Shown one piece after another: positions 57,672 to 64,000 of a stretch of DNA of 64,000 bases. Under the pieces are notes generated by a model, which was given only the letters and a program-made list of their open reading frames with translations, ran no database searches and had not been told where the DNA came from. Both the position numbers and the translations under genes were made by a program. Position 1 is the first letter of the stretch. Each line of letters begins with the position of its first letter. The stretch covers positions 34,812-98,811 of the forward strand of contig JAAEYY010000010.1 of NCBI GenBank assembly GCA_018223105.1, given 5' to 3'. This DNA comes from a bacterium (GTDB taxonomy: Bacteria > Bacteroidota > Bacteroidia > NS11-12g > UBA9320).

Positions 57672-59741
57672 CTAATAACTCACGACTTTGAATATCTGGT
57701 CTTCTAAATTTGAGCTATTTACCCTGATGTAGTATATCCCGGCAGATGGGAGGTTGACTTGAATATTGGTTGTAGAGGTTCGTTTGAAATGCTCAATCAA
57801 TTGCCCTTGCACCGTGAATATTTGAATTTCTACATCTTCCTGTATCCGACTAAAATTGATACTACAATGGCCATTATTGGGATTGGGAAACACCTTGTAT
57901 ACCAACGTGGTTTCGGGTAATTCCTCTTCGCGAATTTCAACACAAGCAGAGCGGTTAGGGCAAACTCCATCTGTGACCTCTAAAGCATAAAAGCCGGGTT
58001 TCAATGGATGAAATATGGTATCTGTTGCACCGGGTATAGCTGTGTTGCTGATGCAATCAATCCATTGATATTGGGCATATCTCGTGTTTTCAGCCACTAG
58101 AATGCCATCTTCTTTTCGGTATGAAGCATCTGTATTAATGCTCTCGAGATTGATGGTGATAAGACTATCGCAGCCTACACTATTAGGTATTGTATCCCAA
58201 TATAAACCTGGAATCTGTATCACCCTTTTTTTACTTGGCATCATGTAATTTCCGCAAATAGTAGTATCAATAGTATGGGTTGAAGAGTATTTAAAGTTTA
58301 GATTAAAATTTAAGTGTTCTAAGCATCCTGCTGAATTAAAAACCAAATCATCATAACTGCCAGATTGGGTCCAAGTTGTGAAACCTGAAGGTGCAGGATA
58401 CTGATCACAGATCGAGCTTGTTATTGTGTTATAGCTCGTAATACATTCTTGTTTTTTAAGCAAGACCAATGAACCAACATTTGAAATTATAACTGAATCT
58501 TCTGTTAAAATACTTGAATAATAGTGATTCATCATTAAGTGTTTACCGGAATCAACGACAATAACATTTCTTCCATATTGCTCATTATCTAAAACACTGC
58601 CAGTTATCTTTAGTGAGTCATGCTCAAGTACATAGATCACCATTCCAAACTTCAAATTACTGTTAAGTGGGTCATCTCCTCTTATTAAGTTGCCAGAATT
58701 TAATGAAATATATAAGGTGTGATTTTTGAACTGAAGGTCAAAGACCTGGGCATAATTCACGCCATGTGAATTTACCTCTTTTGATTTGAACTCTGATGAA
58801 GAATCTAAGTTCCTATAATGAATCTCATGATATGAAGGTACATATAAACTTCTTCTAGAGGTTATGAATATACCACCTTCACTTATTAAAACAATATCGC
58901 CAAAGAATTCATGGTATTCAGAACTTGGACATCTCAACTCCTCTCGAACTTGCCATTCACCTTCGTTATTCTGTTTAAATAAATAAACTACCCCGGTTGT
59001 ATCACCGTATTTGTGATATGGAGCTGAAACAAGTAAAATATTTTGGTGTAAGGAAACAGAATATCCGAATTGATCAGATTCTAAAGATTGAGGTGGTCTA
59101 ATTCGATGAACCAATTGCCATCGGTTATTCTTCAAGTTGTAGATTTGAACTAACCCTACGTTTTTCAAGGTTTTCGACCCAGTTGAATCACGATTTGGAA
59201 GACCCACAACTAAATTTTCCTTATCACATTCAAGTGAGAATCTCAAATATTGGCTGAAAGTCGTAAATGGGATAGATATGAATTGATGTTTTGTCCATTG
59301 GTCTTGTGGACTAAGTCTAAAAACCTGAATTCCTGTTGTGGTATGTACAGTGCTATCTTGTCCTACCGAGTCTAATGCTATATAGATGAAGTAGAAACTA
59401 TCATTACTCGTTGTGCTTAATTGGATGTCACTTTTAACTAATCCATCCAGAGAAATAATATTAGAATCTATGAGATTTCCGCTTTTTACATCAATTTTTA
59501 AAAACTCAACATTTAACTTAGTTTCATGACGTCTTTTACTAGATGTGCTAATGAACCAGCCTTGAGTAGATTCAAGAGTAGAACCGAAATAGTCATAGGG
59601 TCCTGTGGTTGAATCTAAACTTAAGTACATTCTGATACTGTCATATTGTATGCTCTTATCTTGGGCTTCCAGCTTTTGGGTTAATATACAGAAGCAAAGA
59701 GTAAGAGATACGCAAACAATATGAGACAGTTTTAGAGGCAT
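57672..59741 (-). CDS. T9SS-secreted FG-GAP propeller protein (paralog 3)
   Basis: SDQFGYSVSL, NVGLVQIY, NSVGCDS, VFPNPN CTD. Confidence 0.85.
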   Translation of the reverse strand: MPLKLSHIVCVSLTLCFCILTQKLEAQDKSIQYDSIRMYLSLDSTTGPYDYFGSTLESTQGWFISTSSKRRHETKLNVEFLKIDVKSGNLIDSNIISLDGLVKSDIQLSTTSNDSFYFIYIALDSVGQDSTVHTTTGIQVFRLSPQDQWTKHQFISIPFTTFSQYLRFSLECDKENLVVGLPNRDSTGSKTLKNVGLVQIYNLKNNRWQLVHRIRPPQSLESDQFGYSVSLHQNILLVSAPYHKYGDTTGVVYLFKQNNEGEWQVREELRCPSSEYHEFFGDIVLISEGGIFITSRRSLYVPSYHEIHYRNLDSSSEFKSKEVNSHGVNYAQVFDLQFKNHTLYISLNSGNLIRGDDPLNSNLKFGMVIYVLEHDSLKITGSVLDNEQYGRNVIVVDSGKHLMMNHYYSSILTEDSVIISNVGSLVLLKKQECITSYNTITSSICDQYPAPSGFTTWTQSGSYDDLVFNSAGCLEHLNFNLNFKYSSTHTIDTTICGNYMMPSKKRVIQIPGLYWDTIPNSVGCDSLITINLESINTDASYRKEDGILVAENTRYAQYQWIDCISNTAIPGATDTIFHPLKPGFYALEVTDGVCPNRSACVEIREEELPETTLVYKVFPNPNNGHCSINFSRIQEDVEIQIFTVQGQLIEHFKRTSTTNIQVNLPSAGIYYIRVNSSNLEDQIFKVVSY

Positions 59742-59988
59742 TCAGGATGATCAAATGTACAGATATAAACGGAGCTTCTTGCTCTTAAGTGTGTTTTATG
59801 ACATTGCAATAAAACCATCCACTTGTATCTGGGTCCTTTAAACTTCTGTGCAAGCAAGGGTCTGATACACTTACTTCTATGTTTTTATATAGAAATGATC
59901 TTGTTCAGACCTTCACCCGCTCTATGTAGAATTATTTTGAATTTCTAAACCTCATCATCCGCACCTTTCAATTCCATACCTTTGCTGC

Positions 59989-60486
59989 ATGCTTAGCAAA
60001 ACATTAGAAGCCAAACTCAACGATCAAATCGAAAAAGAAGCCTATTCCTCTCAACTCTATCTCGCCATGGCATCATGGGCAGAAATGAAAGGGTATTCCG
60101 GTGTTTCAACTTTCCTATATGGCCATTCTGATGAAGAGCGTCAGCATATGCTTAAAATCGTTCATTATGTGAATGAAAGAGGGGGGCATGCTATTGTTCC
60201 CAGCCTTGATAAACCAGATACTAATTTCAATGATTTACGCTCTGTATTTCAAAGAATATTAGAACATGAAGTGTCTGTTAGTCAGAGTATTAACGACATT
60301 GTTGACCTTTGCTTGAAAGAGAAAGATCACAGTACCAACAATTTCATGCAATGGTATGTGTCTGAGCAGATGGAAGAGGAAAGCCTCGCAAAATCCATCA
60401 TCGACAAATTAGACCTTATCGGCACAGATTCCACCGGTCTTTATTTCTTCGACCGTGAGTTGGGGAATGGGAATGCGGCGGTGTAA
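59989..60486 (+). CDS. ftnA: Non-heme ferritin
   Basis: EAYSSQLYL.MASW, EERQH, HE..VS, QWYVSEQMEEE ferroxidase residues. Confidence 0.95.
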   Translation: MLSKTLEAKLNDQIEKEAYSSQLYLAMASWAEMKGYSGVSTFLYGHSDEERQHMLKIVHYVNERGGHAIVPSLDKPDTNFNDLRSVFQRILEHEVSVSQSINDIVDLCLKEKDHSTNNFMQWYVSEQMEEESLAKSIIDKLDLIGTDSTGLYFFDRELGNGNAAV

Positions 60487-60525
60487 ATAGCACTGATGAC
60501 TTTTATATTTGTGTGAAATATAGAA

Positions 60526-61290
60526 ATGTCCCGTTTAAGTTTCTTCGTACTATTGGCTTTCAGTCTTTTTCTATTTTCTTCTTGTAAACAAACCTATATC
60601 ATACCAACACTCAGTATGGAGCCGACACTCTCTGTGGGAGATATTGTAGTTGGAGTTGATCGAAAGGTGGATTATGATGAGTTGGTAATTTTTAAATTTA
60701 GGCATGGCGGTGTTGATAAAGATGAAATTTGGATTAAGCGCTTGGTTGCTATGCCGGGGGACTCTATTTCCATGAACGAGGGTATAGTGTATATCAATGG
60801 AAAAAAGGAGAAGTCAAAAAATGAGTATTACTATAACTACAGATTGCGGTCATCACCTGAAGTTATTGAGCAACTTCAGTCTTTAGGCCTCATCTGGCAT
60901 CAGGAAAATGACAATATCGTAGGGGCTATGAGTGATTCAATGGCAAATGAATTAGGTAAAGGTATTTACACTCGTGTGTTTGAATCTTGCCAAGTTATGG
61001 GGAATGGAACTTCTGCTATTTTGCAAGGCAACGCAGACTGTTTTAAGTCATTGTATTTGCCTCAAGAAGGGGATCAGATTTCTAAACCCTCACTTAGTCG
61101 TTATAAAGAATTGATACAAGAGCATGAAGATGTGAATATTAATGATATAGAATCATATACTTTTAAGAGGAGTTATTGTTTTGTTATGGGTGATAATCGC
61201 AATCATAGTGCTGATTCGCGATACATTGGTTTGATTCCCATGGATCAGATAATTTCAGTAGTAGAAAAGAAGAAGGGTTTATTCAATTAG
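60526..61290 (+). CDS. lepB: Signal peptidase I family (S26) protein
   Basis: SMEPTL (catalytic Ser), IKRL (catalytic Lys), GDNRNHSADSR. Confidence 0.85.
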   Translation: MSRLSFFVLLAFSLFLFSSCKQTYIIPTLSMEPTLSVGDIVVGVDRKVDYDELVIFKFRHGGVDKDEIWIKRLVAMPGDSISMNEGIVYINGKKEKSKNEYYYNYRLRSSPEVIEQLQSLGLIWHQENDNIVGAMSDSMANELGKGIYTRVFESCQVMGNGTSAILQGNADCFKSLYLPQEGDQISKPSLSRYKELIQEHEDVNINDIESYTFKRSYCFVMGDNRNHSADSRYIGLIPMDQIISVVEKKKGLFN

Positions 61291-61309
61291 AGAATCCTAT
61301 ATTATTTAT

Positions 61310-62512
61310 TCATAGGAAAACATATAAACCCAATCCCACTGCCAACCAAATATAAGAAGCTATCGCCAAAATCTTCAAAATCTTCTCAAACCACTTACCT
61401 TTTTTAGCCATAGCATGATGATGCATCTTCTTGCTTTTTGATGCCTTCCAAATAAATACAGCAGAAAGAATCAAACCTACAATATTCAGCACCACGGAGT
61501 AATCGGCTTTAAAAAACTGCTGATCTACTACAGATTTGTCCGGCATTTCAGGTAGAACATCAAAAATAGAGAGTCCGTAATGCAAACCTAGAGAGGTAAG
61601 AATAAGTGCCACAAACAAGAGGAAAAGGATGAATAAGGACATCTTCCAACCGTAGTATTTGGCATTGATTCGCAATACCGGAAATACCACTAAATCACTA
61701 AAAATAAAAGCCATTACACCGGCAAAACTGACCCCTTTCCCATAGAGCAAAGCTGCTAGCGGTATATTCCCCATAGAGCCTATGAAGGTGCAAAAAGCAG
61801 CTACCGGTCCAATCACGACATGCTCTAATAGTTCTATGAATGAAAATGAATCTTGAGCTTTCCCGCTATTTACGAACAGGGCTTCAAAGAAGGAGTCAGG
61901 GACAAAAGCAGCAATAATTCCGGCAATGGTGAAACCTATGGTGACATCTTTCCAAACCATTCCCCATTCCATTTTATATTTCATGGAAACTTTTTCAAGC
62001 GCAGAAGGCGACATATGGTGTTTATGCTCAGCTTCTTCTTCGTTTTTTGCGAACCTATCTCGAACCGACTGAATTAAGGAAGTAGGTTTAATTATTTTGA
62101 CCAAAGCCCAGCAGATAAGAATGAGGAGGATTCCGCCGACATATTCACCGACCACAAATTGCCAGTCCAGGAAGATAGAAATTACAATTCCGAGTTCAAT
62201 TACGAGGTTAGTGGAAGCAAGCAGAAAAGCGATGGAGGAGATAAAACTTGCCCCTTTTTGGAAGAGGCTTCTTGTGGTTGCCAATGCTGCAAAACTGCAA
62301 GAACTACTGATGAATCCGAATAAGGTTCCGAGCAGCACACCGCGACCCTCGCGCTCCCCCATTACTTTTTTCATTTTGTCTTCGGTGAGGTAAATCTGGA
62401 TCAAACTACTCAATAGGTATCCGAGCACAAAAGCCCACAGGGCCATCCAAAAGAAACCTACTGAAGTGTAAGCTGCTTCGGCCCAGTTTTGTATGAAATG
62501 TGAATCTTTCAA
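61310..62512 (-). CDS. Predicted permease (DUF318/ArsP-like)
   Basis: SSSCSFAA, ASTNLVIELG, FIGSMGNIP, His-rich loops; multi-TM. Confidence 0.85.
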   Translation of the reverse strand: MKDSHFIQNWAEAAYTSVGFFWMALWAFVLGYLLSSLIQIYLTEDKMKKVMGEREGRGVLLGTLFGFISSSCSFAALATTRSLFQKGASFISSIAFLLASTNLVIELGIVISIFLDWQFVVGEYVGGILLILICWALVKIIKPTSLIQSVRDRFAKNEEEAEHKHHMSPSALEKVSMKYKMEWGMVWKDVTIGFTIAGIIAAFVPDSFFEALFVNSGKAQDSFSFIELLEHVVIGPVAAFCTFIGSMGNIPLAALLYGKGVSFAGVMAFIFSDLVVFPVLRINAKYYGWKMSLFILFLLFVALILTSLGLHYGLSIFDVLPEMPDKSVVDQQFFKADYSVVLNIVGLILSAVFIWKASKSKKMHHHAMAKKGKWFEKILKILAIASYIWLAVGLGLYVFL

Positions 62513-62581
62513 TGTCTGAAACGAACAAAGTAGGTAATGAATTTGAAAAATAAAAGGAACTTGTAGTACTTATATGATGAT

Positions 62582-63115
62582 CTATTGTCCGACTTGTTGA
62601 AGAGAATCAATCAAATGCTCTTCACCAAATTCTTCAGTTTTTTTAAGTGTTCCATTTTCATTCCAGTAATACCATTTGCCCACTTTGGCATTTTTGTAGC
62701 GTATGCCTTGAAGCGATATATTGCCGTTTTCGTGATACCAGGTGGAAAGTCCATAAAACGTGTCGCGAAGCGCAATACCTTCAAAACCCAAAGCCCCGCT
62801 TGGCCAATATTCCGTTCTAAGCTCAAGCGATTGTGGCCCGTAGAGTGTCCGGCTCATAATCATAGTATCATTTCTGAATAGTTCTTTCTTTATTACTCTG
62901 CCATCAGCAAAATATTTCTTGATGATAGGCCCTCGTAGATCTTGTTGAATATCAAGGCTATCTGCCTCTTGATTGGCAGTTTGAGTAATTTCCTTTTTGT
63001 ATTGCTTAAACCAAGGGTCTTGTACAGAAGACTCGCATGAAGAAAACATAATACTGGAGATAAAAAGGCTGTACCATATGAAGTTCAGGCTGTTGTATCT
63101 GTGTTTGAGGTTCAT
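62582..63115 (-). CDS. MORN-variant/YwqK-like lipoprotein
   Basis: FSSC lipobox; WYHENGNI..QG and GKWYYWNENG repeats. Confidence 0.75.
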   Translation of the reverse strand: MNLKHRYNSLNFIWYSLFISSIMFSSCESSVQDPWFKQYKKEITQTANQEADSLDIQQDLRGPIIKKYFADGRVIKKELFRNDTMIMSRTLYGPQSLELRTEYWPSGALGFEGIALRDTFYGLSTWYHENGNISLQGIRYKNAKVGKWYYWNENGTLKKTEEFGEEHLIDSLQQVGQ

Positions 63116-63230
63116 TTGGAGAGGGTAATTTAAAATGAATCTTCTACTTTACACTTATTTATCCATCCAATCTATTTTTCTTATTCGGAATTATCCTCAA
63201 TTTAATTACTTTTGCACTCTTTTTTAAGGG

Positions 63231-63719
63231 GTGAAGCTGAAGGATTTCGATATTGACTTTATAAAATTTAAGAACGAGGTCTATACTTTCACCTATGAAC
63301 TTGATGATACGTTCTTTAAGTTAAAGGAGCACAGTTTATACGACAGATGCGACATCAATGTAACTTGTGAGGCTACTAAAAATGAGTCTACAATACAGCT
63401 TGATTTTCATTTGAAAGGAAATATATTGGCCAATTGTGAACGCTGTTTAGACGAGATTCACATACCAATTGATTCCAAATTTACACGTGTTCTCAAACTA
63501 ACTTCGGATAGTGAAAAAGTAGATGATGAAAATTATCTGTCTATCCATAATCAGGTCATTTCAGTTTACGATATGATCTATGAACACATTGTGCTTTCAA
63601 TGCCAAGCCGCTTAATATGCGCAAATGCATTGGAAGACAAGAAGTGTACAATAAATATTGAGGATGACTCTGAACCGAGTATTGATCCTCGTTGGGAAGC
63701 ATTAAAAAAACTTAAATAA
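63231..63719 (+). CDS. yceD: DUF177/YceD family protein
   Basis: CERCL, DPRWEALKKL; directly upstream of rpmF. Confidence 0.9.
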   Translation: MKLKDFDIDFIKFKNEVYTFTYELDDTFFKLKEHSLYDRCDINVTCEATKNESTIQLDFHLKGNILANCERCLDEIHIPIDSKFTRVLKLTSDSEKVDDENYLSIHNQVISVYDMIYEHIVLSMPSRLICANALEDKKCTINIEDDSEPSIDPRWEALKKLK

Positions 63720-63725
63720 TACGAA

Positions 63726-63908
63726 ATGGCACATCCTAAACGTAAGATTTCTAAAACCAGAAGAGACAAACGCAGAACTCATTACAAATTGGGCAACAAA
63801 CAGTTGCATCGCGATCCGGTAACCGGTACTGTACATTTATACCACCGTCTTAATTTAGAGACCGGTATGTACAAAGGTGTTCAAGTGATCGAACCAAAAG
63901 AAGCGTAA
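63726..63908 (+). CDS. rpmF: 50S ribosomal protein L32
   Basis: [19 protein letters not shown]. Confidence 0.96.
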   Translation: MAHPKRKISKTRRDKRRTHYKLGNKQLHRDPVTGTVHLYHRLNLETGMYKGVQVIEPKEA

Positions 63909-63918
63909 GACTCAGACC

Positions 63919-64000
63919 ATGAGAATTGGCATTGATGCTATGGGAGGCGATTACGCCCCCGAAGAATGCATTAAAGGGGTCTTGGCAGAGGCCGCCGAAT
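63919..64000 (+). CDS. plsX: Phosphate acyltransferase PlsX, 5' part (runs off window)
   Basis: MRIGIDAMGGDYAP directly after rpmF. Confidence 0.92.
   Translation, partial: MRIGIDAMGGDYAPEECIKGVLAEAAE

Noticed and set aside
63726-63908. L32 without zinc-binding cysteines
   Set aside because: Cys-poor L32 variants are common; standard yceD-rpmF-plsX context

Overview
Chromosomal window from a Bacteroidota bacterium (TAnnTTTG promoters, T9SS C-terminal domains, MurF-Alr fusion). The backbone is housekeeping: kdsD-like (partial), recQ, tRNA-Gln, prs, rplY, primary sigma-70, icd, recX, murF-alr, meaB, ald, pdxA, ferritin, yceD, rpmF and plsX (partial). Four accessory elements stand out. (1) At 23.6-24.2 kb, a truncated IS110 sits in a REP-like repeat; its left non-coding end folds as a two-loop bridge RNA whose guides match its own junctions. 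(2) At 26.85-32.4 kb, an accretion island carries displaced copies of a histidine-kinase 3' end, an attC-like cassette with an uncharacterised two-gene operon, and a C-protein-controlled type II R-M system. (3) At 32.4-36.8 kb, a ThiF/Rv1355c-like adenylase, a putative N-acyl amino acid synthase, a 7TM-DISM kinase and a divergent receiver together resemble an undescribed make-and-sense signalling system. (4) Further accessory genes include a subclass B1 metallo-beta-lactamase, TA modules, PAS signalling proteins and three paralogous FG-GAP/T9SS proteins. All family assignments are by eye from motifs; no searches were run.
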